Source: a virus. Taken from it: a DNA stretch of 64,000 bases. A model generated the notes under the pieces. The model worked only from the letters and a program-made list of their open reading frames with translations. It was not told where the DNA came from and ran no database searches. The translations under genes were made by a program, and so were the position numbers. Within the stretch, counting starts at the first letter, position 1. The number at the start of each line of letters is the position of its first letter. Shown here piece by piece: positions 26,829 through 37,393 of the stretch. The stretch spans positions 88,720 to 152,719 of IMG/VR virus record IMGVR_UViG_3300033183_000354. The stretch is one strand, 5' to 3'.

Positions 26829-27830
26829 ATGACTAGACAGAATATTGCAATTGGATCTTCGGCGAATGATGGTACTGGTGATACCCTCAGAGCAGCAGGT
26901 CAAAAAATTAATCAAAACTTCGTAGAGATCTATCAACGTCTTGGCGGAGATAGCGATGTTTTTTCGACTCAAATTAGTTTTACTGGTTCTGCAATTGTCT
27001 GGGAAGGAACCAGCGCTGATAGTTGGGAAACAAATCTTATTGTAGCAGATCCTACTGCTGATAGGACTATAACTATCCCTGATGCTACTGGAACGATCGT
27101 ATTAAATAGTGCGACTCAAACTCTTACAAATAAGACTTTGACTACACCTACTTTAACGACTCCAAAGATCAATGATACTTCGGCAGATCATACATATAAT
27201 ATTGCGGTCAGTGAATTGGCTGCTAATAGAACAATAACACTTCCTCTCTTAACAGGAAATGATACGTTTGTTTTTGCTGATCATACTCAGACATTAACAA
27301 ATAAAACTTTGACTACGCCGACTCTAAATTCGCCGACAATTGGCACATTAATCAACGATGCAAATGGCGCTGAGATTATTAAACTAACGGCTACATCTTC
27401 TGCGGTCAATGAAATTACAATTGCGAACGCGGCCGCAGGTTCTGGTCCTACTATTTCTGCTACTGGTACTGGTACAAATATAAACCTAAACTTAAGCGCT
27501 AAAGGCACAGGTGCTGTCGAAACAAATAAGTTTGCTTTTAATCATGAAAATCAGGTTTCAAATGGAGCAGTATCTGCCGAGAGATCTTTCATCATCTTTA
27601 GCAAAGCAACTGCTTTAGCTGCTACACTTGCAGATGGTACGGTTACAGGTGAATTTAAATTAATGGTAAATGCTAATACTGGTTTAGTTACAGTTACTCC
27701 TTCTAATTTTGCACAAGGCACTTCTTTCTCAATTGCACAAAACGGTTCATGTCAAGTTATTTGGGACGGTAGCAATTGGTTCATGATTGGATCTGCTGAT
27801 TCGTCTGACACATATATAACTATTACTTAA
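26829..27830 (+). CDS. baseplate wedge / tail-fibre connector (gp9/gp10-like N-terminus)
   Basis: MTRQNIAIGSSANDGTGDTLRAAGQKINQNF.EIY; repeated TQTLTNKTLTTP. Confidence 0.8.
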   Translation: MTRQNIAIGSSANDGTGDTLRAAGQKINQNFVEIYQRLGGDSDVFSTQISFTGSAIVWEGTSADSWETNLIVADPTADRTITIPDATGTIVLNSATQTLTNKTLTTPTLTTPKINDTSADHTYNIAVSELAANRTITLPLLTGNDTFVFADHTQTLTNKTLTTPTLNSPTIGTLINDANGAEIIKLTATSSAVNEITIANAAAGSGPTISATGTGTNINLNLSAKGTGAVETNKFAFNHENQVSNGAVSAERSFIIFSKATALAATLADGTVTGEFKLMVNANTGLVTVTPSNFAQGTSFSIAQNGSCQVIWDGSNWFMIGSADSSDTYITIT

Positions 27831-27840
27831 GAGATAAACG

Positions 27841-29214
27841 ATGACAGCAATTATTACAGACGCACTCAAAAAACAACTGCTCGATACCGTATATAACGAG
27901 TTTACTGCTGGAAGCACTAAATACTATATTGGTGTTGGCAGATCCGAGCAATGGGATAGCGCTGAAACAGTACCTACTCCTACAAACTCTTTAAGAACAC
28001 AACGTAATGCTCGTTTATCATTACAGGCAATTAAACTTGCAACTGATGCATCTTATGTAATTCCTCGTTATAACTGGACTTCTGGTACAATTTATAGTGG
28101 CTATGATGATGCATTTAATAGATATCCTACTAATTCATATTACGTATTAACAGAAGATAATCACATTTATATTTGTCTTCAACAAGGTAAATCTTCGACA
28201 GGTATTTCTGTTGCATCAACTGTTAAACCTACTGGTACAACTACTACTCCATTTAGAACTTCAGATGGTTATGTTTGGAAGTTTTTATATGCACTAAGTG
28301 GTGTAACTTCTGCTAGATTTTTGTCGGCTAACTATATGCCAGTTCAGTTTATTAATGATTCTTCAGGCTCAGAGGCAATTGGTATTATCTCTCAACAGCA
28401 AGCGACTATTCAAGAAGCAGCATCTGAAGGTCAAATTATTGGTATTCGAGTTTCTAATGGTGGCACTGGTTATACATCTGCTCCTACTGTAACTATTTCC
28501 GGTGATGGTGCCGGCGCAAGTGCTACTGCTTACGTAAGTGGTGGTTCTATTACAAAGATTGAACTTGATTCAAGTGGCGATAGCGGCATGACGATGGGTC
28601 ATAGTTATAAATATGCGGGTATTTCATTTAGCGGCGGTGGTGGTAGTGGTGCTGTGGCACGTGCTATTATTGGTCCTACTGGTGGTATTGGTGCAAATCC
28701 AATTAATGATCTTCGTTCTACTGCGATTATGTTTAATACAAAACCTGCAGGTGCAGAAGGCAATGACTTTATTGTCGATCAAGACTTTAGACAAATTGTT
28801 CTTATGAAAGCACCAACAGATTATAATGATTCTGCATATACAGATACGACAGGCAAAGTCCTTCGTTATCTTAAACTTACTTCAGCTGGTGACGCATCAA
28901 ACTTTATCGTAGATCGTACTATTACAGGTGGTACTTCTACTGCAAAAGCAATCATTGATCAAGTTGATAGTGATAATATCTACGCTCACCAAACTGAAGA
29001 TACTGGATTTATTAGCTTCCAAGAAGGCGAAGCAGTATCTGCACCTGGAGCAACTGGTACACTCGTTGCTGCTGGCTATGATGGAGATACAGATGCATTT
29101 ACAAATGATGATGTTAATAAGTTTTCTGGGGACATATTATACATAGAAAATAGAGCGCCAGTACTTCGAGCAGCTGATCAGACTGAAGATATTAAAGTCA
29201 TCATTTCACTTTAA
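27841..29214 (+). CDS. gp8: baseplate wedge subunit gp8
   Basis: IPRYNW.SG..Y..YDD, YYV.T....IY.CL, T.DGY.WKFLY, SGDILYIENR.P..R..DQTEDIKVII. Confidence 0.9.
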   Translation: MTAIITDALKKQLLDTVYNEFTAGSTKYYIGVGRSEQWDSAETVPTPTNSLRTQRNARLSLQAIKLATDASYVIPRYNWTSGTIYSGYDDAFNRYPTNSYYVLTEDNHIYICLQQGKSSTGISVASTVKPTGTTTTPFRTSDGYVWKFLYALSGVTSARFLSANYMPVQFINDSSGSEAIGIISQQQATIQEAASEGQIIGIRVSNGGTGYTSAPTVTISGDGAGASATAYVSGGSITKIELDSSGDSGMTMGHSYKYAGISFSGGGGSGAVARAIIGPTGGIGANPINDLRSTAIMFNTKPAGAEGNDFIVDQDFRQIVLMKAPTDYNDSAYTDTTGKVLRYLKLTSAGDASNFIVDRTITGGTSTAKAIIDQVDSDNIYAHQTEDTGFISFQEGEAVSAPGATGTLVAAGYDGDTDAFTNDDVNKFSGDILYIENRAPVLRAADQTEDIKVIISL

Positions 29215-29224
29215 GGTATAGAGA

Positions 29225-32200
29225 ATGGCAACCGTACTAACTAAATCTACTTTTTCTAATACATATAAAGATGATTTTGCTGATAGTGACAATTATTACA
29301 GAATCCTTTTTAATAGTGGTAAAGCACTGCAAGCGAGAGAGCTTACGCAGATGCAAACTATTATTCAAAAACAAATTGAAAGATTTGGGAGTAATATTTT
29401 TAAAGAAGGTGGAGTCGTAAAACCTGGCGGCACAAACCTTAATCAAAAGTATGAATACATCAAATTAAATACTACGTCTAATACACTACCTACTGATACT
29501 TCAACTCTTATTGGTACACTCTTTACGGGTCAAACTTCTGGTGTTATCGCAAAAGTAATTCAAGTTGTATCTGCTACAGGTTCTGATCCAGCTACACTTT
29601 ACGTACAATATACTAATACCGCATCCTCAACGGCTGATACCTCTTCACCTATTCGAATGGAAGCAGGCGAAGATATTAATAATGGTTCAATTACTCTTAC
29701 TGTACAAACGACAAATACAACAGCAAATAGAGCAGTCGGTACTGGTACTATTGTTTCAATTGGTTCAGGCATTTATTATACAAAAGGTTTTTTTGTATAT
29801 ACTGAAAATCAATCGAAAATTGTTTCTAAATATTCTGATGCCCCTAACGTTGATGTTGGATTTAAGATCGTAGAAGATGTCGTCACTATTGCTGATAATA
29901 CCGCATTATACGATAATCAAGGATCGACTCCTAATTTATCTTCCCCAGGCGCTGATAGATATCGTATTCGTCTTCTTATCTCTACTCGTGATGAAATTGA
30001 TTCTGATCAAAATTTTATTCATATCGCTACTGTTAAAAATGGCGTAATCTTTGCAACAGCAAAAGAAACTGATGCATATGATATTCCTAATGATATGATT
30101 GCTCAGAGGATCTTTGAAAACTCTGGTAACTATATTGTTAATCCATTTACCGTTAAATTCAATGAAGATTCAGATAATACAAAACTACAGCTTGAAGTAA
30201 GTGATGGTGTAGCTGTTGTTGACGGCTATAGAGCTGAAAGATATTTCCCAACGGTTATTCGACTTGATAAGCCAACTACTACTATTACCAAAAATAACGA
30301 AGTTGTAGCAGCTGACTTTGGTAACTATGTTATTGTAAATCCAGCAAATGCTTCTGGTTTACCAAACTTAAATACGTGGGAACAGCTTAATCTACGTAGC
30401 GCTACTAATTACGGTGGATCTACGATTGGTACTGCAAGAGTAAAAGCTGTAACCGAAGATGGTGCAAACTATCGTTACCATCTTTTTGATATTCAAATGA
30501 ATTCTGGTCAAGCTTTTAGAAATGTTAAAAGTGTTGGTACAAGTATAACGAGTTATTTTAATCCAACTCTTGAAAATAGCAAAGCTGTACTAAAGGATCC
30601 TCTTAAGAATTCATCTCTCTTTGCGCTTCCTATTTCTCGACCTTCTTCAATTAGTGATATTTCTTTGGTAGTACAAAGAAGATTTGCTACTACTACGAAT
30701 GCAAGTGGTGAAGCATCACTGACTCTTACTGCTACTGGTGAAACTTTCTCTAATGTTGGTGACTGGATTTATGCTAATGCTGATAGCGACTTATATACTG
30801 GTTCAGTAAGTGTAAGTGGCGCAGGTACAGCAGCTGCTAGCATTAGCGGTCTTCCTGTAAGTTCTTCTAATCTCGAGATCTTAGCTTATGTTAATAAAGC
30901 TGCTGCCACTCCAAGATCTAAAACATTAACAACTCGTACAATAAACGCTACTGTTGATTCTGATGGCAATGGATTTAAGTATATTAATCTTGGTAAAGCC
31001 GATATCTATGATGTATCAGAAATTGTGAATGCTGCCGATAGTTCAATAAGCTATGCTAATCGATTTGTTCTTGATAATGGACAAAGAGATAATTATTATG
31101 GACTAGGTAAACTAGTATTAAAAGGTGGAAACGCGGCGCCAAGTGGCAATGTTTATGCAAGCTTTAGACATTTTGCACATGGTACTTCAGGCGATTTCTT
31201 TGCTGTTAACTCTTATACTGGTCAAGTTACATATAAAAACATTCCGTCTTATAGATTAAATGATGGAACTACGATTAATTTAAGAGATTACTTAGACTTT
31301 AGATCAGTACAAGATGCAAATGGCGCATATTCAAGTACTGCGACTGGGGCTCGAGTCAATCAACTTCCACAGCCTACTGATACTATTCAGTTCGATGCGG
31401 CTTATTATCTTCCAGTTGCTGGTAAGTTGACAATTGACACAGAAGGCATGCTAGATTTTGTCAAAGGCTCTCCTGAATTAATTCCACGTCCACCTGAAAA
31501 GGCTGATCAATCTCTTGGTCTTTATAATATTTGGATGGGCGGCAATACTCTTGATGATTCTGATGTTCTTTTACAGCGCATTGAACATAAACGCTTTACA
31601 ATGGCTGACATTGGTCAACTTGAGACACGAATCGATAAGCTTGAAGAATTAGCTTCTCTTAGCATGCTTGAAATGGATACGAAGAATTTCCAAGTTCTTG
31701 ACTCTGCTGGTCTTGATAGAACAAAATCAGGTTTCTTTGTAGATAACTTCTCTACACATATTTTATCTGACGTTGAAAATCCAGACTATTCGGCTGCACT
31801 TGATCCTTCTCGTCAAGAGTTAAGACCTGCATTTAGTGAAGATAATATTAAATTAATATATGATTCGGCTTCTTCGACCAATACTATTAAGAAGGGTGAT
31901 AATGTTTATATCAAGTATGACGAAGCAACTTATATTAATCAAAGTCTTGCAAGTCAGGCCATTCAAATTAACCCATTCTCTGTAGTTGTTCATGAAGGTA
32001 TCATAACGCTTTCTCCAGCATCAGATGAATGGAGAGATACCAAGCGTAAAGCTGCTAAAACTATTGATGGTGGTACTAAACTTAATACACAGCAAGCTTA
32101 TATGTGGAATAACTGGGAATGGAACTGGGGAGGTCGACCTCTTGATCAGTTGAGTGTTGGTGCGACTACTAACGTTAAGAAGACTTCTACTTCTACACAA

Positions 32201-33349
32201 AATATTACTAATGTGAATAAAGTGGTAAGTGAAGAAACAGTAAGAGAATTAGTCGCAGACCGAGTCATCGATGTTGCGGTTATTCCTTTCATGAGATCAC
32301 GTAAGATCTACTTTAAAGCACAAGGCTTAAGACCGAATTCGAAAGTATTTGCTTTCTTCGATAATGTATCGGTAGCAGATTGGGTAAGATCAGAATCGTT
32401 TGCTTATTATTCAGATGATACTACAGATTATGGTAACCTATATGCTAATGCTACTGCACATCCTGATGGAGCGACTACACTTCAAACTGATGCAAATGGT
32501 GAAGTTTCTGGCACATTCTTTATTCCAAATTCTTCTACTCGTCGTTTTAGAACAGGTAGAAAAGAATTTAAGATCCTTGACATTAGTGTCAATAAAGATA
32601 ATCAAGCTCTTGCTGTAGCACGAGCATCATATACAAGTAAAGGGTATTTAGATACGTATCAGAAGGAATTCTTATCTACACGTATTCTTAATGTCGAAGG
32701 GATTAAAACTGTTACCAATAAAGCTCAAAAGTACAATTATGGCGGTGGCGGTGAAGGCGGCGGCGGAGGTTTCCAAGGTGGTATAGGAACTACTATTGGA
32801 AATCATACCTCGGTTCCTGGAAAGAATAATACATTTAGTAATGATCCATATGGCATTGGCCATTCAGGTGAATTTGGCGGAGGTACCGGTACCGGCTGTT
32901 TCTTAGCCGGTACAATGATTACTATGGAAGATGGTACTCAAAAGGCAGTTGAAACAATTGAACTTGGAGAAAATGTTGCAATTGGCGGGTTTGTATTTGC
33001 TAAAGGTTCATTCCTCGTTGACGATCTATATGACTATAAAGGCATTAAAGTATCTGGCTCTCATATGGTACATGAAGATGGAGTATGGGTCAGAGTCGAA
33101 GATTCGAAGTATGGTGTTCCAGAGCATGAAGAAACTGTGGTGGTATATAACTTCGGTACTGAAAATAGAAGATTACTTATCGAAGGTATTACATTTACAG
33201 ATTACTTCGAAGCTGATGGTAAAGCATTTCTTGAAGCAATGGGTGATGCATACTTTGATAAGTGGAGAGAAATCTCAGAAGATTATCATAATGAAATTGG
33301 AGTAAAAATTGTTAATGATGAAAGCCAGAAAATGGAACTTAGACAATGA
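29225..33349 (+). CDS. large VrlC/DUF4815-like virion protein with a C-terminal Hint domain
   Basis: DDF....YYRILFNSG.ALQARELTQMQTI.Q.QI; PGADRY; KSGFFVDNF; Gly-rich linker, then CFLAGTMITMEDG...VYNF (Hint). Confidence 0.85.
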   Translation: MATVLTKSTFSNTYKDDFADSDNYYRILFNSGKALQARELTQMQTIIQKQIERFGSNIFKEGGVVKPGGTNLNQKYEYIKLNTTSNTLPTDTSTLIGTLFTGQTSGVIAKVIQVVSATGSDPATLYVQYTNTASSTADTSSPIRMEAGEDINNGSITLTVQTTNTTANRAVGTGTIVSIGSGIYYTKGFFVYTENQSKIVSKYSDAPNVDVGFKIVEDVVTIADNTALYDNQGSTPNLSSPGADRYRIRLLISTRDEIDSDQNFIHIATVKNGVIFATAKETDAYDIPNDMIAQRIFENSGNYIVNPFTVKFNEDSDNTKLQLEVSDGVAVVDGYRAERYFPTVIRLDKPTTTITKNNEVVAADFGNYVIVNPANASGLPNLNTWEQLNLRSATNYGGSTIGTARVKAVTEDGANYRYHLFDIQMNSGQAFRNVKSVGTSITSYFNPTLENSKAVLKDPLKNSSLFALPISRPSSISDISLVVQRRFATTTNASGEASLTLTATGETFSNVGDWIYANADSDLYTGSVSVSGAGTAAASISGLPVSSSNLEILAYVNKAAATPRSKTLTTRTINATVDSDGNGFKYINLGKADIYDVSEIVNAADSSISYANRFVLDNGQRDNYYGLGKLVLKGGNAAPSGNVYASFRHFAHGTSGDFFAVNSYTGQVTYKNIPSYRLNDGTTINLRDYLDFRSVQDANGAYSSTATGARVNQLPQPTDTIQFDAAYYLPVAGKLTIDTEGMLDFVKGSPELIPRPPEKADQSLGLYNIWMGGNTLDDSDVLLQRIEHKRFTMADIGQLETRIDKLEELASLSMLEMDTKNFQVLDSAGLDRTKSGFFVDNFSTHILSDVENPDYSAALDPSRQELRPAFSEDNIKLIYDSASSTNTIKKGDNVYIKYDEATYINQSLASQAIQINPFSVVVHEGIITLSPASDEWRDTKRKAAKTIDGGTKLNTQQAYMWNNWEWNWGGRPLDQLSVGATTNVKKTSTSTQNITNVNKVVSEETVRELVADRVIDVAVIPFMRSRKIYFKAQGLRPNSKVFAFFDNVSVADWVRSESFAYYSDDTTDYGNLYANATAHPDGATTLQTDANGEVSGTFFIPNSSTRRFRTGRKEFKILDISVNKDNQALAVARASYTSKGYLDTYQKEFLSTRILNVEGIKTVTNKAQKYNYGGGGEGGGGGFQGGIGTTIGNHTSVPGKNNTFSNDPYGIGHSGEFGGGTGTGCFLAGTMITMEDGTQKAVETIELGENVAIGGFVFAKGSFLVDDLYDYKGIKVSGSHMVHEDGVWVRVEDSKYGVPEHEETVVVYNFGTENRRLLIEGITFTDYFEADGKAFLEAMGDAYFDKWREISEDYHNEIGVKIVNDESQKMELRQ

Positions 33350-33779
33350 TTATGAGACACTAAAAAAGTGGTGGGAAGATTGGGAATTTGGTGTAGTTCC
33401 ACTTGAGGTTTTACCTCCACTTGGTATCATGATTGAGAATAATGAAGGTCCAATTTGTGCGGCCGGATTATATGTAGGCACTGGTACAAAGTTTTGTATT
33501 ATGGAATGGCTTATTAAAGATAAGCATAGTTCATTGAAAGAATCACATAGAGCGATTCAACTTTGTATTAATGAAGTAATAAAATTAGCTAAAGATAACG
33601 ATTGTACGCTAATGTATACGGTAACAGGTGATGATTCATTGATGAAGAGATATACACGCTTACACGGAATGAAACTAACAGAGAATAATGTGAGAACGTT
33701 TATTAAAGATTTAAATAATTCTTATACTGATTTTGAGTTTGTACAAGATGATGAACAGTGGGAAAAGGATCAAGAGTAG
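33315..33779 (+). CDS. GNAT-family acetyltransferase-like protein
   Basis: R......DY..L.KWW..W...LP..G.MI....PICA.GLY...EW...AK..C...Y pattern consistent with the GNAT fold. Confidence 0.6.
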   Translation: MMKARKWNLDNDYETLKKWWEDWEFGVVPLEVLPPLGIMIENNEGPICAAGLYVGTGTKFCIMEWLIKDKHSSLKESHRAIQLCINEVIKLAKDNDCTLMYTVTGDDSLMKRYTRLHGMKLTENNVRTFIKDLNNSYTDFEFVQDDEQWEKDQE

Positions 33780-33787
33780 AGGTATAA

Positions 33788-35356
33788 ATGGCAACTTCAC
33801 TTGGATATAAATTAAACAAAAATCCAATCGCTCAATCATTTTTTGTTGATACGACGAGTGGGATTTTTGCTACGAAGATTGATGTCTTCTTTGCTCAAAG
33901 GGATACGTCTTTCCCTGTTACTCTGCAATTAAGGCCGATGGTGAATGGATATCCTTCGTCGCAAACGATTATCCCTGGATCAACAGTAGTAATTCCTGGC
34001 AGTTCTATTAACGTATCAGCCGATGCGTCATCTGCTACTAGTTTTACATTCCCTGAACCAATCTATTTGAAAGGTTTAACAGATTATGCTATTGTAATTA
34101 CAGTAAATTCTCCAGATTACAAGATTTATATTGCAGAAACTAATCAATTCCTTCTTGGCTCGACAGAAAAAAGAGTGGATCGTCAACCGACTCTTGGAAG
34201 TCTTTTCTATTCTCAAAACTCAGTTACATTTACGGCCGCTCAAAATCAAGATTTGACATTTAAATTATATCAAGCTAAATTTAAACATAATTCAGCAGCT
34301 GCAGTCTTTCATAATACTGATGTACCTCAGTCACTTTTGGCAAATAACCCAATTCAAACTACTGCAGGCAGTTCTACAGTAAAAGTATCACATTATAATC
34401 ATGGCCTATACGTTGGTAATACAGTTACAATTGCAGGCGTTGATTCTGATGGCGTAGGTGGTCTTACTTATTCACAGCTAACTGGTAATAAAACAGTAAC
34501 TGCAATTGATTATAGTGGATTTGAATTCAGTGCAGGAGCAACTGCAGATTCAGATGTTACTGGTGGTGGAATAAACGTAAAAACGACAAAAAATATTCCA
34601 TATTCAATTATGTATCCTCATATGCAAACTTTACAGCCATTCTCAACAGCTATAGAAGCGGTTGCTCGAGGTACGACTGGTAAATCATTTGCTGGTACTG
34701 AGACGGCTTTCCAAAAGAGTACTGATTATAGCGTTATTAAATTAAATCAAAATAACGAAGCAAATGAAATGTACACGATTGCTAATACTGCAACAGAAAC
34801 TGCAGAATTAGGCGCAGGAGTCAGATCATTTGATATGGCTGTTAATATGTTTAGTATTGACTCAAACGTATCTCCTATTCTCGATTTGCAGAGAAGTTCT
34901 CTTAGCGGTATTTCATATGTAATTGATAAACAAGATTCTGCTGCTACTGCAGGATTTAATGTGCCTCTTAACTTCGTAAATGAAACTTCTGCGAATGGTG
35001 GCAGTTCTCCTTCGAAACATATTACAAAGACTATTACGCTAGTCGAAGATGCAGTTGGCATTAAAGTGTTATTTGCTGCTAATAGACCTTCGACTTCTGA
35101 TATCCAACTTTATTATAGAGTTTCAAGTGGCGATGAACTAATTACTGAAAAGACATGGGCATTAGCGACCGAAGAAACAAGCAATCCAGCAGATGAAAAT
35201 AGAACAATCTTTAGAGAATATCAATACTTGATCGGTGGTCAAGGTGGTAATCTTCCAGCATTTACTCAAATGCAATTGAAGTTTGTATTTAGATCTACCA
35301 ATAATGCACGTGTTCCTGTAATGAAAGATTTGAGAGTAATCGCGCTGAGCGTATAA
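33788..35356 (+). CDS. virion structural protein (C-terminal portion of the VrlC-like family)
   Basis: NPIAQSFFV...GIF.TKIDVFF...PV.LQLRPMVNGYP; GSLFYSQN..T.T..Q.QDL.F.LY; P..KDLRVIAL. Confidence 0.8.
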   Translation: MATSLGYKLNKNPIAQSFFVDTTSGIFATKIDVFFAQRDTSFPVTLQLRPMVNGYPSSQTIIPGSTVVIPGSSINVSADASSATSFTFPEPIYLKGLTDYAIVITVNSPDYKIYIAETNQFLLGSTEKRVDRQPTLGSLFYSQNSVTFTAAQNQDLTFKLYQAKFKHNSAAAVFHNTDVPQSLLANNPIQTTAGSSTVKVSHYNHGLYVGNTVTIAGVDSDGVGGLTYSQLTGNKTVTAIDYSGFEFSAGATADSDVTGGGINVKTTKNIPYSIMYPHMQTLQPFSTAIEAVARGTTGKSFAGTETAFQKSTDYSVIKLNQNNEANEMYTIANTATETAELGAGVRSFDMAVNMFSIDSNVSPILDLQRSSLSGISYVIDKQDSAATAGFNVPLNFVNETSANGGSSPSKHITKTITLVEDAVGIKVLFAANRPSTSDIQLYYRVSSGDELITEKTWALATEETSNPADENRTIFREYQYLIGGQGGNLPAFTQMQLKFVFRSTNNARVPVMKDLRVIALSV

Positions 35357-35565
35357 TGTTTAATGAATATAAAAAAGTTGAAGGTGAACCTGGTTATATT
35401 AGGCATGAACAAACAGGTGTGGTGTTGAATATAAATAGTAGTGAAGCGAATAGTGCTAGAGAAAGAAAAAAATTAAGAAGACAAAAAGAGCAGGAACTTG
35501 AAGAATTAAAGAATGAAGTAAGTGAGATCAAAGAATTGCTTCTTAAATTAGTAGAGAAACAGTAA
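35356..35565 (+). CDS. small coiled-coil hypothetical protein
   Basis: KVEG...IR...TG.VLN...ELEELKNEVSEIKELL; contains an internal TATAAATA at 35430. Confidence 0.75.
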   Translation: MFNEYKKVEGEPGYIRHEQTGVVLNINSSEANSARERKKLRRQKEQELEELKNEVSEIKELLLKLVEKQ

Positions 35566-37391
35566 TGGCAAAACCTATCATTAATTACTCTGATACGATT
35601 ACCGGTTGGATAGATAAGAACAACTTATTGACAAATGATGTCGGGGATCTTGCTAATCTTAATACTACGGTTGATTCTGATATCGTAGGTGCATTAAATG
35701 GTATCGATTCTGATATTGGCGCTGTATCTTCTCTGAATACATCAAATAAAACGCTTGTAGGAGCTATTAATGAGAACCACGGTCAACTTGATCAAGTTGA
35801 TTCAGATCTTGGTGCTCGGACTTCGCTAACTACCACTGATAAGACAGACGTCGTTTCGGCTATTAATGAATTAGATGCTGAACTTGGTACTATTACAGCT
35901 GGTGCCATGGGTACTACTGCTTCTACTGTAGGAGGAGCTATTTCTGAACTTGAAGTTGAGATCGATACTCTAAATACAAAAGTAGAACCTAGTCAAGCTT
36001 TGACTACTACCGCTACTACTCTTTCAGATGCTATTAATGAGCATGAGACCGATATCTCTACTATCAACGATACAATTGGCAGTGGCGGACTTAATACAAC
36101 TGCTCAAACGCTGATCGGTGCTATTAACGAACATGACGCTGAGATTGGTGCTGCTTCATTAAATACGAGTGCTACTACGCTTCGTGGAGCTATTAATGAA
36201 CATGAAGCTGATATTGGTAATATGACATTTACTGGTCTTTCAGCGACTAATATTTCAGCTGCTATTCGTGAAACTGTGACAGAACTTGGCGCAGTAACTT
36301 CATTAACAACTTCTGCTTCAACTGCAGTAACTGCTATTAATGAACTTGATGCTGAACTTGGTACTATTACTTCAGGCGCGATGGGAACCACAGCTTCAAC
36401 CGTTTCTGGCGCTATTGCTGAACTTGAAGCAGAGATTAATACACTTAATACATTTACTGATGTTGGGACATCGCTTAATACCACTGCTACATCTTTAGCT
36501 GATGCTATTAATGAACATGAGACATTGATCAATAATTTAGACAGTGATATTGGTACAAGAACAAATCTAACGACTTCAACTACTTCAAGTTTAGTAGGAG
36601 CTATTAATGATCTTCAATCTCAAATTGATGTTCTTGATAGTAGTACAAATAACTCAGTCGGCGATTTGAATGACTTAGATACGACTGCTAAGACTAATGT
36701 CGTTGCTGCGATTAATGAAGTATATAATAGCATCGGTGCTGATATTGATGAAACGATTCAAGATGCAGTTGGATCAATGTTCTCAAGTAATACTGAAACT
36801 GGTATTGCCGTAACATATGATGATAATAATAATAAAACTAATTTTGTAGTTGATCAATCTTGGGTACGAGGTAGATTATCTGGTAGTTCAGGCATTTCAT
36901 ATAATTCTAGTACTGGTGCTATTAGCCATAGTGATACTTCTTCTGCCACTTCTGTAAATAATAGTGGTCAAACGTTTATTCAAGATATTACAGTTGATGC
37001 ATTTGGTCACATTACAGCTATCGGTAGCGCCACTGCTTCTCACTATCAAGGTTGGGACTTATATACAGACGGCACGAGCCGCGGCTCAATCTCCAGTGAA
37101 GAGAACGTAAACTTTGCTGGTGGAAGCGGTATTAGTATCACATATAGTTCTAGTAATAATACGATGACGTTTGCGGCTACATCTGATCCAGTTGTAACAG
37201 TTACTCTTACAGGTGATGTTACCGGTTCAGGATCAGCTACTCTCACCAATCTTGGTAACGGAACAGCTTCATTCTCTACATCACTTGCAGCAAATACCGT
37301 TACTTCATCCGAACTCTCGGGTGCAACATCTCTTATCATTTATAACTCAGCCGGTACGGCAGTAAAGACGCTCTATGGCGCAGGATCTTAA
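35565..37391 (+). CDS. segmented coiled-coil fibre (fibritin/whisker-like)
   Basis: More than 10 LxTTA.TL.GAINE(H/L) repeats; beta-rich C-terminus. Confidence 0.7.
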   Translation: MAKPIINYSDTITGWIDKNNLLTNDVGDLANLNTTVDSDIVGALNGIDSDIGAVSSLNTSNKTLVGAINENHGQLDQVDSDLGARTSLTTTDKTDVVSAINELDAELGTITAGAMGTTASTVGGAISELEVEIDTLNTKVEPSQALTTTATTLSDAINEHETDISTINDTIGSGGLNTTAQTLIGAINEHDAEIGAASLNTSATTLRGAINEHEADIGNMTFTGLSATNISAAIRETVTELGAVTSLTTSASTAVTAINELDAELGTITSGAMGTTASTVSGAIAELEAEINTLNTFTDVGTSLNTTATSLADAINEHETLINNLDSDIGTRTNLTTSTTSSLVGAINDLQSQIDVLDSSTNNSVGDLNDLDTTAKTNVVAAINEVYNSIGADIDETIQDAVGSMFSSNTETGIAVTYDDNNNKTNFVVDQSWVRGRLSGSSGISYNSSTGAISHSDTSSATSVNNSGQTFIQDITVDAFGHITAIGSATASHYQGWDLYTDGTSRGSISSEENVNFAGGSGISITYSSSNNTMTFAATSDPVVTVTLTGDVTGSGSATLTNLGNGTASFSTSLAANTVTSSELSGATSLIIYNSAGTAVKTLYGAGS

Positions 37392-37393
37392 TT

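Noticed and set aside
32897-33349. Canonical intein
   Set aside because: No His-Asn followed by Cys/Ser/Thr and no endonuclease domain; treated as a Hint autoprocessing domain instead
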